A DNA stretch of 64,000 nt from Candidatus Magasanikiibacteriota bacterium (GTDB lineage Bacteria; Patescibacteriota; Patescibacteriia; Magasanikbacterales; GWA2-37-8). The notes beneath the pieces were generated by a model that saw nothing but the letters and a program-made list of their open reading frames with translations, was not told where the DNA came from and did not search any database. The stretch is taken from assembly GCA_041665405.1 (NCBI GenBank), contig JBAYIZ010000002.1, positions 7,300 to 71,299 of the forward strand. Direction: 5' to 3'. The position numbers were made by a program, and so were the translations under genes. Below, in pieces: positions 9,077-17,545 of this stretch (its first letter is position 1; every line of letters starts with the position of its first letter).

Positions 9077-11176
9077 TTATTCAATTATAATTCTCGCATC
9101 CAATATTTTGACACCTTGGCCTTTTGGTAATACCAATAATGGATTGATGTCTAGCTCCTTAATATTTGGAAAATCAATTAGCAGTTGAGATAATCGTCCC
9201 AAACAATCAATCAGCGCCTGAGTGTCCATCACAGCTTGTCCGCGTGCACCATCTAAAATCTTTTTAGATTTTAATTTGTTGATCATTTTTTGAGCATCAT
9301 AAGCAGTGAGTGGAGCAAGCCCAAATGTAACATCTTTGAAAATTTCCACATATGTACCACCGAGCCCGACCATGATAGTATTGCCTAATCCTGGATCTTT
9401 TACACTGCCCAAAATCATTTCCACCCCTTTTTCTTTAATCATTTCCATTACCAATATTCCTTCGATTTTCGCCAATGGAAATTGATTTTTTATCTTTTTC
9501 ATCATCTCGGTAAATTTTGTACCGGCATCATTTGGTTCGATGTTGAGCATTACACCACCAGAATCGGTTTTATGTAATATATCTTGAGATATTATTTTTA
9601 ATACGATCGTTTTGCCAATTTTTTGGGCAATTTCTTGGGCGTCTTGTGCGGTTTTGGCGATTTCACTTTGTACTAAAGGAAAACCATAATCGCGTAAAAT
9701 TGGCAGTGCGTCTGCTTCAGGGAAAATAGTTTGTCCGCGAGTTTTGGCTTGCGTAAAATATTTTTCTGCGGCTTTTTTGTTAGTATTTTTGAAATTAAAT
9801 TTTGTTTTGTATTTGTCTTTACGAATATTGGAAAAGTGGGTGAGCGCGTCTAGTGCTTTGGCTGCTTCTTCGGGAAAACTGAAAGTGGAAACACCGCTAG
9901 CGCGTAACGTCTTGATACTTTGTTCAACTAGTTTACCGCCGATAAAACTAGCAATGATTGGTTTTTTACTTTTTTTCTTGGCGCTTATAATGGCTTGGGC
10001 GGTGAGATCAAATTCGGTCATGGATTGTGGTGTCAAAACTACGATTACACTGTCCACATTTTTATCAGCTATCAAAATATCTATGGCCGCTTTGTATCGG
10101 TCGGCTTTGGCATCACCAAGTACATCGATTGGGTTATGAAAATTGGCAAACGCTGGTAAAACTTTTTTTAATTTTTTTTGTGTGGATTCAGAAATTACCG
10201 CCATTTTTAATCCACTCAAAATAACTTGGTCAGTGGTCAAAACTCCAGGGCCACCAGCGTTGGTCACTATAGCCACGCGATCACCTTTGGGTAATTCGTT
10301 GTTGGTAAAGATGTTTAAATATTGAAATAATTCTGAAATCATTTCTACTCGTAGAATTCCAGCTTGTGAAAATAGTCCTTGGTAGGCACTATCATTGCCA
10401 GCCAGCGCGCCAGTATGAGAGGCGCTTGCTGAAGCACCATCACGAGTGCGTCCAGATTTTATGGCAATAATTGGTTTAGGGTTTTTACCATGAGTAAGTT
10501 TTTTGGCGGCGGCGATTAGAGCAGGGGCGTCGGTAAGTTGTTCTACATACATCGCCACTACTTTTGTTTTTTTATCTTTGGCCAAATATTCAAAAAGATC
10601 CGCTTCGGTCATAGTGGTTTTATTCCCCACGCTCACGAATTTAGAAAAACCGATATCTAATTTTTGGGCATAATCCAAAATGGCGGTGCAGAGTGCGCCA
10701 CTTTGAGAAATGAAAGCAATGTTACCCTCAGCCGGCATAATGTTGGCGAACGACGCATTCATTTTATTTTCGGTGTTTATCACGCCCAGACAATTTGGTC
10801 CCACCAAAGTTATATTATTTTTTTGACAAATATTTTTTACCTGATTTTCCAATTCAATATTTTCCACCTCTTTGAATCCGGCAGAAATAATAATCGCGGC
10901 TTTGATTTTTTTCTTGGCCACAGTTTCCAAAACAGCGGGGACGATGGCGCCAGGTACCACGATAATAGCCAGATCAATTTTTTCTGGTATAATCAAAACA
11001 TCTGGATAGCATTTCAATCCATATAGTTCGGTAGTTTTTGGGTTCACTGGGAAAATTCTGCCTTTGTATCCTTGGGTAGTGAGGTTTTTCAAAATATCAT
11101 TGCCAACTTGCCCAACGACAGTAGAGGCGCCGATGACAGCAATAGATTTGGGGTAGAAGATTGAGTTAAGATCCAT
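9077..11176 (-). CDS. Acetate--CoA ligase (ADP-forming) / NDP-forming acyl-CoA synthetase, fused alpha+beta (CoA-binding + succinyl-CoA-ligase-like + ATP-grasp domains)
   Basis: N-terminal CoA-binding Rossmann (SIAVIGAS...GQVG), ligase-CoA domain, C-terminal ATP-grasp. 699-aa fused architecture typical of ADP-forming acetyl-CoA synthetases. Confidence 0.8.
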   Translation of the reverse strand: MDLNSIFYPKSIAVIGASTVVGQVGNDILKNLTTQGYKGRIFPVNPKTTELYGLKCYPDVLIIPEKIDLAIIVVPGAIVPAVLETVAKKKIKAAIIISAGFKEVENIELENQVKNICQKNNITLVGPNCLGVINTENKMNASFANIMPAEGNIAFISQSGALCTAILDYAQKLDIGFSKFVSVGNKTTMTEADLFEYLAKDKKTKVVAMYVEQLTDAPALIAAAKKLTHGKNPKPIIAIKSGRTRDGASASASHTGALAGNDSAYQGLFSQAGILRVEMISELFQYLNIFTNNELPKGDRVAIVTNAGGPGVLTTDQVILSGLKMAVISESTQKKLKKVLPAFANFHNPIDVLGDAKADRYKAAIDILIADKNVDSVIVVLTPQSMTEFDLTAQAIISAKKKSKKPIIASFIGGKLVEQSIKTLRASGVSTFSFPEEAAKALDALTHFSNIRKDKYKTKFNFKNTNKKAAEKYFTQAKTRGQTIFPEADALPILRDYGFPLVQSEIAKTAQDAQEIAQKIGKTIVLKIISQDILHKTDSGGVMLNIEPNDAGTKFTEMMKKIKNQFPLAKIEGILVMEMIKEKGVEMILGSVKDPGLGNTIMVGLGGTYVEIFKDVTFGLAPLTAYDAQKMINKLKSKKILDGARGQAVMDTQALIDCLGRLSQLLIDFPNIKELDINPLLVLPKGQGVKILDARIIIE

Positions 11177-11241
11177 AAAAAAATCCGAGATAATTAATCA
11201 CGGATATATTTTATCATTTTTTTGGGTTTTTGTCATTTGCT

Positions 11242-12126
11242 TTATGCCATCTCGCGCAATTTTTTTATTCTATCTTCCACCGGTGGGTGAGTAGAGAAAA
11301 GCCCAGATAATTTTTTGCCAGAAAACGGACTGGATATAAATAGGTGAGCGGTAGCCTGAGAAGCTTGAGCCATCGGTCTATTTTCGCTTGCAATTTTTTC
11401 CAGTGCGCGTGCCAATCCTTCTGGGTAGCGCGTGAGTAAAGCGCCACTAGCATCAGCCAAATATTCACGGCGACGAGAAACTGCGAGTTTTATTAATTCA
11501 GCGATAATAGGAGAGAGAATGGCCAAAACAATTCCGACAATCGCAAAAATCGCCATTGCATTTCCGCCTTCGCGATTGTCTCTTTTTCCGCCAATCATTC
11601 CAGTCCGTATAAATATATTGGCCATAATAGAAACCGATCCAACCAGCACCGCCACTAACATCATAAAGCGGATATCATAATTTTTGACATGAGATAATTC
11701 GTGGGCGAGCACACCTTCCAGTTCTTCATTTTGTAACTTTTCAATCGCGCCACGAGTGACCGCCACCGAAGCAGTAGCCGGATTGCGGCCAGTAGCAAAA
11801 GCATTGATTGCCTGATCTTCTATTATATACAATTTCGGCATCGGTACCCCAGCTGTGATGCAAAGATTTTCGAGCATGTTGTAGACATAGCGGTTGTCTT
11901 CTTTGCCAGCTGGTTTGGCACCTGTATTCCAGAGAGCGATTTTATCACCTTGAAAATATGAAATAGCGGTAATCCCAAAAGATAACAAAACACCAATAAA
12001 TAATCCATCAAAACCACTACCACCTCGTGCCATATCAAAAACATAACCCAGACCAACCACCAAAGCGGCGGCGAGCATGAGGAGCAATACGGATTTACGT
12101 TTATTGGAATCTATCTGAGAATACAT
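11242..12126 (-). CDS. htpX: Zinc metalloprotease HtpX (peptidase M48)
   Basis: TM helices plus HELSH (HExxH) motif in LAHELSHVKNYD, typical HtpX length and organisation. Confidence 0.85.
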   Translation of the reverse strand: MYSQIDSNKRKSVLLLMLAAALVVGLGYVFDMARGGSGFDGLFIGVLLSFGITAISYFQGDKIALWNTGAKPAGKEDNRYVYNMLENLCITAGVPMPKLYIIEDQAINAFATGRNPATASVAVTRGAIEKLQNEELEGVLAHELSHVKNYDIRFMMLVAVLVGSVSIMANIFIRTGMIGGKRDNREGGNAMAIFAIVGIVLAILSPIIAELIKLAVSRRREYLADASGALLTRYPEGLARALEKIASENRPMAQASQATAHLFISSPFSGKKLSGLFSTHPPVEDRIKKLREMA

Positions 12127-12201
12127 AATAATATAAAAGTATCATAAAATGAGGGTGTTGTAAAGAATTTGTGTTAGTTGCGGAAGATATAAAATGGGGG
12201 A

Positions 12202-12230
12202 TTGACAAAAATGTAATAAAGTATTACAAT
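12202..12230 (+). promoter_or_regulatory. Near-consensus sigma70-type promoter TTGACA-N17-TACAAT upstream of AbrB-like gene
   Basis: TTGACA at 12202-12207, 17-nt spacer, TACAAT at 12225-12230, 33 nt upstream of ATG 12264. Confidence 0.45.
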
Positions 12231-12263
12231 AAGAAAGTAAGAATTTACTACTAATATTTTAAT

Positions 12264-12494
12264 ATGGAAGCAACCGTACAAAAAACAACTTCAAAGGGGC
12301 AGATTACTTTGCCAAAAGTATGGAGGGGGCAATTTAAAACCACTCATTTTGTGTTGGAATCTAATAGTGATATTATGATTATCCGTCCAATTTTTTTGGA
12401 TGATCCGAATAATTATAAAACCATATTTAATGCAGATAGAGATAATAAAGGCAAAGGAATATCTGCAAAGAAGTTGTTGAAGTGTATAAAATAA
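12264..12494 (+). CDS. AbrB/MazE/SpoVT-family DNA-binding protein (swapped-hairpin beta-barrel), possible regulator/antitoxin-like
   Basis: ...TSKGQITLPKVWRGQF... matches the AbrB/MazE N-terminal motif. 76 aa. No adjacent toxin-like ORF was detected. Confidence 0.55.
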   Translation: MEATVQKTTSKGQITLPKVWRGQFKTTHFVLESNSDIMIIRPIFLDDPNNYKTIFNADRDNKGKGISAKKLLKCIK

Positions 12495-12687
12495 TTTTTT
12501 GGATAATAATAAAATATAACTGGCTATTAAAGTCAGTTTTTTTGTATTAATATCAAATGATAACACAAAGCAAATTCAAGGTTTCACAGCACCACCTCTA
12601 TTTGACACCAACCAAATTTTGTGCTAAGGTAACCAGTTCAAAATCGTTCTTTTTACATATTCTCAGTTTTCTTTTTGGTAATAAAAT

Positions 12688-12714
12688 TGTCATTCCCGTG
12701 AAAATGGGAATCTA
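12688..12714 (+). repeat. Copy B of 27-nt GNRA-hairpin repeat (ttgtcattcccgtGAAAatgggaatct), intergenic
   Basis: Stem attcccgt/atgggaat (G-U wobble retained), GAAA loop. Confidence 0.7.
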
Positions 12715-12821
12715 ACAAATTATCAAAAAGAAGACTGGGAAACGCACACCCAGTCAAGGTAGCAAGCTTTAAGCTCGATAGGTTTCGGGTAAGGAGTAAG
12801 CTAATAAGTTGGAGGTGCGCC

Positions 12822-13646
12822 ATGGCGCGCAAAGACAAGGATCTCAAGGAAGTCCTCGGCAACTGGACGATCGGGTTCGAGGCGCTCAGCGCCCTCGTTT
12901 ACGCCATCCTCAAGAAGGGGGGCGGGATCGAGGATCTGAGTCGGCTCAGCGACAAGGAGGATACGACGGTCGTCGATCAGGTCGCCGATCTGCTCGTTCG
13001 TCCGAAGGTCGTTGCGGAACAGCTCGTGGTTCCGCCGCCCCCGCCCAAGCCCGTCGCCCTTCGGATCGAGGACTTCGTCACGCCGATGAAGGACGATCAG
13101 GTGCCGACCATCTTGCTCGTGTTCGTCAGCATCTGGCGCATGATCGCAAACTGGCTCGGCTACACCGGTCCGATCGCGTGGCGCATTCGTGAGGGCTTCA
13201 CCCTCAAGACGATTGCTCCGCAGGTGGGTCCGTGCCGCAAGGACTTCCAGTATCTCCAGAACTGGAACTTCCCGGACGAGCCGACCAAGGACTGCATCGT
13301 TTTCTGGATTCCGCGCCTCGTGGTCGGAAGTACCAGCAAGTCGGTTTCGGAACAGATGAAGCTCTTGGCAGATCTCCGTAAGCAGTTCAATCTGCCCGAG
13401 CACCACCTGTCCGGGTTCGGTTCGGTCACCGTCCTCGCCGCTCTCATTCTCGCCCATCACAAGCTGACGGGCGAGATGGTCCCGTTGGGCGGCAACTGGA
13501 CCCGCACCGACACCTGCGGTTCGGGCGGCGGTCGCCTCGGCCTGGGCTGGGTCGGGGGCGCTCTCTGCTGCGGCGTCTGGAGCTGGGATGGGGTCAGGTA
13601 CGGTAGTGTCGGCGCCTTCCCGCTGGGGGTGGAACTCGAACACTAG
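12822..13646 (+). CDS. DGR target (variable) protein; C-terminal ~37 codons form the variable repeat (VR); whole gene anomalously GC-rich (~60+% vs ~33% background)
   Basis: GGAGG RBS upstream of ATG. 3' end (13515-13625) matches TR 13981-14091 with all mismatches at TR adenines. The opposite-strand ORF 12801..13643 is a high-GC artefact. Confidence 0.7.
   Translation: MARKDKDLKEVLGNWTIGFEALSALVYAILKKGGGIEDLSRLSDKEDTTVVDQVADLLVRPKVVAEQLVVPPPPPKPVALRIEDFVTPMKDDQVPTILLVFVSIWRMIANWLGYTGPIAWRIREGFTLKTIAPQVGPCRKDFQYLQNWNFPDEPTKDCIVFWIPRLVVGSTSKSVSEQMKLLADLRKQFNLPEHHLSGFGSVTVLAALILAHHKLTGEMVPLGGNWTRTDTCGSGGGRLGLGWVGGALCCGVWSWDGVRYGSVGAFPLGVELEH
13515..13625 (+). repeat. DGR variable repeat (VR) followed by GC-rich IMH-like sequence ggggtggaactcgaacac (13626-13643)
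   Basis: 111 nt aligned codon-by-codon with TR. By hand count 22 differences, all where TR has A (e.g. AAC->GGC/TGC/GTC/AGC/TAC). All non-A positions are identical. Confidence 0.8.
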
Positions 13647-13980
13647 GACACTCGGTCCTTCGTTCGGTCACTCTTGGCAACTTGGACTCTCGTCGGTGGT
13701 ACACTTCATGTGTATCATCGGCGGGGGTCCTTCTTTATTTTATAAAAATTTGATATAATTCTATCGGCTGTATCGATAGTGTTTGCGCCCACGGGTGCAG
13801 GCCGGCAGCACAGGGTATTTATTGATCAGAATAATAAAGCGTACGCGTTTTATTAGCGTATCATTAAATATTTGAACTTCTTTTACACCCCGTGTCAAAC
13901 ATTATTGAGTTTGTGACTCAGAATTATATTCAACCCAAAGAGTATTCAATGGGTGGTGTTTCGGGTGGTGTTTGGCATAT

Positions 13981-14091
13981 AGCGATTCGGACGGCAATCG
14001 CCTCAACCTGAACTGGGTCGAGGGCACTCTCAACTGCGACAACTGGAACTGGGATGAGGACAGGAACAGTAATGTCGGCGCCTTCCCGCTG
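13981..14091 (+). repeat. DGR template repeat (TR), non-coding, AAC-rich (six AAC and two AAT codons in VR frame), followed by IMH*-like atgatgtaaatcgaaaaaac
   Basis: No start codon in frame (preceded by TGA at 13915). Adenine-containing counterpart of VR. Located between the target gene and avd/RT. Confidence 0.8.
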
Positions 14092-14106
14092 ATGATGTAA
14101 ATCGAA

Positions 14107-14134
14107 AAAACATCCTCGCTATTGAGGATGTTTT
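14107..14134. terminator. Perfect 11-bp stem hairpin aaaacatcctc-gctatt-gaggatgtttt immediately 3' of TR and 3' of avd (convergent); terminator and/or DGR RNA 3' structural element
   Basis: Inverted repeat seen directly, flanked by A-run and T-run. Confidence 0.5.
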
Positions 14135-14145
14135 GTTTGTAAATA

Positions 14146-14478
14146 TTATTTTTTCATTTCTTTTATCCACCCACCCATCATTTTACCGGCAGTTATGAGT
14201 TGTCCGGAGAGTTGGGAATATTTATTTGTGTTTAATCCTTTTATTTCCCACAAGATAGTTATGAAATATTTTAATGTGTCCAATTTTTTACTTATTTTTT
14301 CAAGGAATATTATTTTTTCTGTGCGTTGAATATAACTGGCGGTGAGAGTTAATTCAATTATGTCGGTAAAAAGATTGTCAATTTTTGTTCCCAAAGTATG
14401 TTTTGTTAATTTTGGCAAGTGGATTAGAAAACCATGCCACAATTTGTAACTTTCATTAAACTTAGTTAAAATTGGCAA
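14146..14478 (-). CDS. avd: Avd-like DGR accessory variability determinant (four-helix-bundle / '23S rRNA intervening sequence protein' family), TTG start
   Basis: 110-aa small helical basic protein with the general pattern of the four-helix-bundle family to which bAvd belongs. Sits between TR and RT, but on the opposite strand. Confidence 0.6.
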   Translation of the reverse strand: MPILTKFNESYKLWHGFLIHLPKLTKHTLGTKIDNLFTDIIELTLTASYIQRTEKIIFLEKISKKLDTLKYFITILWEIKGLNTNKYSQLSGQLITAGKMMGGWIKEMKK

Positions 14479-14488
14479 ATTTTGCTGA

Positions 14489-14498
14489 GGGGGGGGGG
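14489..14498. repeat. Homopolymeric G10 (C10 on minus strand) tract in the 43-bp divergent avd/RT intergenic region
   Basis: gctgaGGGGGGGGGGttaaaag, highly atypical in ~33% GC DNA. Potential slipped-strand phase-variation site or sequencing artefact. Confidence 0.6.
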
Positions 14499-14521
14499 TT
14501 AAAAGAACCGTTTATATTATT

Positions 14522-15529
14522 ATGAAAATTCAATTGCGTCATAGTTATAAAGAATTAGTTAATTTGGAAAATTTGTTATTTGCTTGGCAAGAGTTTATTG
14601 TTGGTAAAAAGAATAAATTGGACGCGCAAATTTTTAATCGCGATCTCATGGACAATATTGTAGAGCTTCACGAGAGTTTGGTCAATCATACATATTGTCA
14701 TGGTGGATACGAAAGTTTTTATGTCACTGATCCAAAGCGACGACATATTCACAAGGCGAGTGTGAGAGACAGGCTGTTGCATCATGCGATTTATCGGATT
14801 TTGTATCCGTTTTTTGATCGGACTTTTATTTCCGATTCATTTTCGTGTCGCGATGACAAAGGGATGCACAGGGCGTTGGATAGGTTTAGAGCGATGAATT
14901 TTGAGGTTAGTAAAAACCACGCTCGCACCTGCTGGGTTCTCAAATGTGATATTCAAAAATTTTTTGATAGTATTGACCACGGAATTTTATTGAATATTTT
15001 ATCTGAGCATATTTCTGACCGAGACATTTTGAATTTATTAAAAAATGTAATTGATAGCTATAATAGTGAAACAAACGGGGTGGGAGTGGGTTTACCACTT
15101 GGCAACCTCACTTCACAATTATTTTCCAACGTATATATGAATGTGTTTGACCAATTTGTTAAACACAAACTTAAAGTAAAAAATTATATCCGCTATGCGG
15201 ATGATTTTGTATTTCTTTCTCATGATAAACAATATTTAGAAAATTTAATACCTCAAATTCGGGATTTTTTAAGTGAAAAATTAAGATTGACTTTGCATCC
15301 TAGAAAAATATATTTGCAAACCATAGCATCAGGGATTGATTTTCTTGGGTGGAAACATTTTGCCAACCACCGTGTACTGAGAAAGACAACCCAAAAAAGA
15401 ATGATGAGAAATATTGAGATTCATCCGACAAACGAAACTTTACAATCATATTTGGGATTATTGAAACATGGGAATAGTGGAAAGATAAAAAATGAATTAT
15501 TGATTATGTCTTGGGTGTGGAGGATATGA
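14522..15529 (+). CDS. Diversity-generating retroelement reverse transcriptase
   Basis: RT motifs: ...KCDIQKFFDSIDH (motif A), LPLGNLTSQLFSNVYMN (the [ILV]GxxxSQ motif diagnostic of DGR RTs), RYADDFVF (YADD catalytic box), GIDFLGW. 335 aa. TGA stop. Confidence 0.9.
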   Translation: MKIQLRHSYKELVNLENLLFAWQEFIVGKKNKLDAQIFNRDLMDNIVELHESLVNHTYCHGGYESFYVTDPKRRHIHKASVRDRLLHHAIYRILYPFFDRTFISDSFSCRDDKGMHRALDRFRAMNFEVSKNHARTCWVLKCDIQKFFDSIDHGILLNILSEHISDRDILNLLKNVIDSYNSETNGVGVGLPLGNLTSQLFSNVYMNVFDQFVKHKLKVKNYIRYADDFVFLSHDKQYLENLIPQIRDFLSEKLRLTLHPRKIYLQTIASGIDFLGWKHFANHRVLRKTTQKRMMRNIEIHPTNETLQSYLGLLKHGNSGKIKNELLIMSWVWRI

Positions 15530-15593
15530 AAACAAAAACTCCGCCAATGATGGTGGAGTTCTTTTTTTGGTCTATGTAAGGAAAAATGCTTTA

Positions 15594-16160
15594 TTAGAAC
15601 TTCACCTGCACATTTTGTTTTTCATTTTCCGCGGCCAAGAAAAATTCGTATTTGGTGAATTTCAACAACCCTGCAAACATATTAGTAGGGAAGACCTGAA
15701 TTTGAGTATTGAAGTCACGCACATTGCCATTGTAAAATCGGCGACTAGCTTGGATTTTATTTTCTGTGTCCGAAATTTCATCTTGCAATTGCAAGAAGTT
15801 TTGGCTGGCTTTTAGATCCGGATAATTTTCAGTGACCGCAAATAGTGATTTCAAAGTAGAGGACAAAGCGTTTTCTGCCTGTTCGCGTTGAGCCAAGGTC
15901 GCGCCAGTATTATCATGAGTAGCCATAGCGGCAGTGCGAGCTTCGGTGAGTTTTGTCAAAGTTTCGCGTTCGTGGGTCATATAGCCCTTTACTGTCTCAA
16001 CTAGATTTGGAATCAGGTCATAACGGCGTTTGAGTTGGACATCAATGTCACTAAATGCTTCATCTACGCGGTTTTTACTGCGTACCAAACCGTTGAATAT
16101 GACAATGATCCAAACCAATCCTATTGCCAGAACTGCTAAAATAATATAAAATGGATTCAT
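15594..16160 (-). CDS. lemA: LemA family membrane protein
   Basis: N-terminal TM plus ...RRYDLIPNLVETVKGYMTHERETL... and ...NFLQLQDEISDTENKIQASRRFYNGNVRDFN... signature regions of the LemA family. Confidence 0.8.
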   Translation of the reverse strand: MNPFYIILAVLAIGLVWIIVIFNGLVRSKNRVDEAFSDIDVQLKRRYDLIPNLVETVKGYMTHERETLTKLTEARTAAMATHDNTGATLAQREQAENALSSTLKSLFAVTENYPDLKASQNFLQLQDEISDTENKIQASRRFYNGNVRDFNTQIQVFPTNMFAGLLKFTKYEFFLAAENEKQNVQVKF

Positions 16161-16187
16161 AGAATATTAACTTAATTAGCAAAGCCG

Positions 16188-17543
16188 GTGTCGGCTTTAT
16201 TGAGTTATTTTACCTTAATTATAATTATAAATCAAGCAACTATGGCCTCTTTGTTGTATTTTATCATTGTTTTAGCGATACTAGTTATTTCACATGAATT
16301 TGGTCATTTTATCATAGCCAAAAAAACTGGCATGAAAGTGCATGAGTTTGGTTTTGGTTTTCCTCCGCGTCTTTTTGGTATTCAATTTTTAAAAGAAAAA
16401 AAATTAAAGAAAATTGCTGAAGTGGAAACAATAGAAGTAAAAGATGAAATCGTGGCTGGTATAGATGGTGGAGAAATTTTACAAGAAACAATTACTGACA
16501 CAACCAAAGAAATAGATATAATAGAAAATAAAACAAAATGGCGGTTTGTTTTGGGCAATCGCGATCTTAATGAAAGTGATGAACAATATGGTACGGTGTA
16601 TTCTTTGAACTGGTTACCACTTGGTGGATTTGTAAAAATAAAAGGAGAGAACGGCGATGGTGCGGATGATCCACAAAGTTTTGCGGCCAAAAAACCATGG
16701 CAAAAGGCAGTGGTATTGGTAGCGGGTGTGGTGATGAATATTATTTTGGCTGGAGTTTTGTTGATCGCTGGATATATGATTGGCCTGCCACAAACTTTGG
16801 ATAATATGGATGATGTGTCTGCGATAAAAGATCGTCGTATTGAAATTTTGCAAACAATTCCTGGCAAACCAGCCGAAGCGGCCGGGATAAAAGCAGGGGA
16901 TGTAGTTGTGCAGGTTGGTGAGATTGTGAATCCTCGTTTGAAAGAATTACAAAATTATGTAAATGAACACAAGACCGAAGAATTGTTATTGCGTGTAAAA
17001 CGTGGCGAAGAAATTATTGATAAAAAAATTACTCCAGCAGTTTACGCCGATACTGGCAAAGGTGGTTTGGGAATTGCGATCGCTGAACTCGGTACGGTGA
17101 AGTATTCATTTTTCCCAGCTATTTGGGAAGGTATCAAAACTACCGGTTGGTATCTGAAAGAAATTTTAGTGGCTTTTTATTTATTGTTGAAAGGTTTGAT
17201 TACCGGTGGTGGTGCAGCTGAGGCGGTGTCTGGTCCAGTGGGAGTAGCAGTGATGACTGGCCAAGTGGCACGCTTGGGCTTGATTTATCTCATCCAATTT
17301 ACTGCGATGCTATCTTTGAATTTAGCGATATTTAATATTTTACCTATTCCAGCTTTGGATGGTGGTCGTTTATTATTTTTAGCAATTGCCAAGATTCGTC
17401 GCAAACCAGTATCTGAAAAAATTGAAGGTATTTTTCATACGGTTGGATTTATGTTGTTGATGTTGCTAGTGGTAGTGGTGACGGTGCGAGATTTATCTAC
17501 TTTCAAAGAATTGATTATGAATTTTTTTAGTAGATTATTTTAA
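16188..17543 (+). CDS. rseP: RIP site-2 metalloprotease RseP (peptidase M50) with PDZ domain; true start possibly the second Met (16242)
   Basis: HEFGHF (HExxH) in the first TM, PDZ region (GIKAGDVVVQVGE), C-terminal NLLPIPALDGG motif. Confidence 0.85.
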   Translation: MSALLSYFTLIIIINQATMASLLYFIIVLAILVISHEFGHFIIAKKTGMKVHEFGFGFPPRLFGIQFLKEKKLKKIAEVETIEVKDEIVAGIDGGEILQETITDTTKEIDIIENKTKWRFVLGNRDLNESDEQYGTVYSLNWLPLGGFVKIKGENGDGADDPQSFAAKKPWQKAVVLVAGVVMNIILAGVLLIAGYMIGLPQTLDNMDDVSAIKDRRIEILQTIPGKPAEAAGIKAGDVVVQVGEIVNPRLKELQNYVNEHKTEELLLRVKRGEEIIDKKITPAVYADTGKGGLGIAIAELGTVKYSFFPAIWEGIKTTGWYLKEILVAFYLLLKGLITGGGAAEAVSGPVGVAVMTGQVARLGLIYLIQFTAMLSLNLAIFNILPIPALDGGRLLFLAIAKIRRKPVSEKIEGIFHTVGFMLLMLLVVVVTVRDLSTFKELIMNFFSRLF

Positions 17544-17545
17544 AT

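Larger units (their letters stand above)
12822..15529 (+). mobile_element. Complete diversity-generating retroelement cassette: target gene+VR -> TR -> avd (inverted) -> RT
   Basis: All canonical DGR components are present within 2.7 kb, with an A-specific TR/VR mismatch spectrum. Confidence 0.8.

Noticed and set aside
12801-13643. 280-aa minus-strand ORF fully overlapping the DGR target gene
   Set aside because: High-GC DNA keeps all frames open. The plus-strand ORF has a GGAGG RBS, and its 3' end matches TR in the sense orientation with an A-specific pattern. The minus ORF product is low-complexity (Ala/Asp/Glu/Arg-rich).
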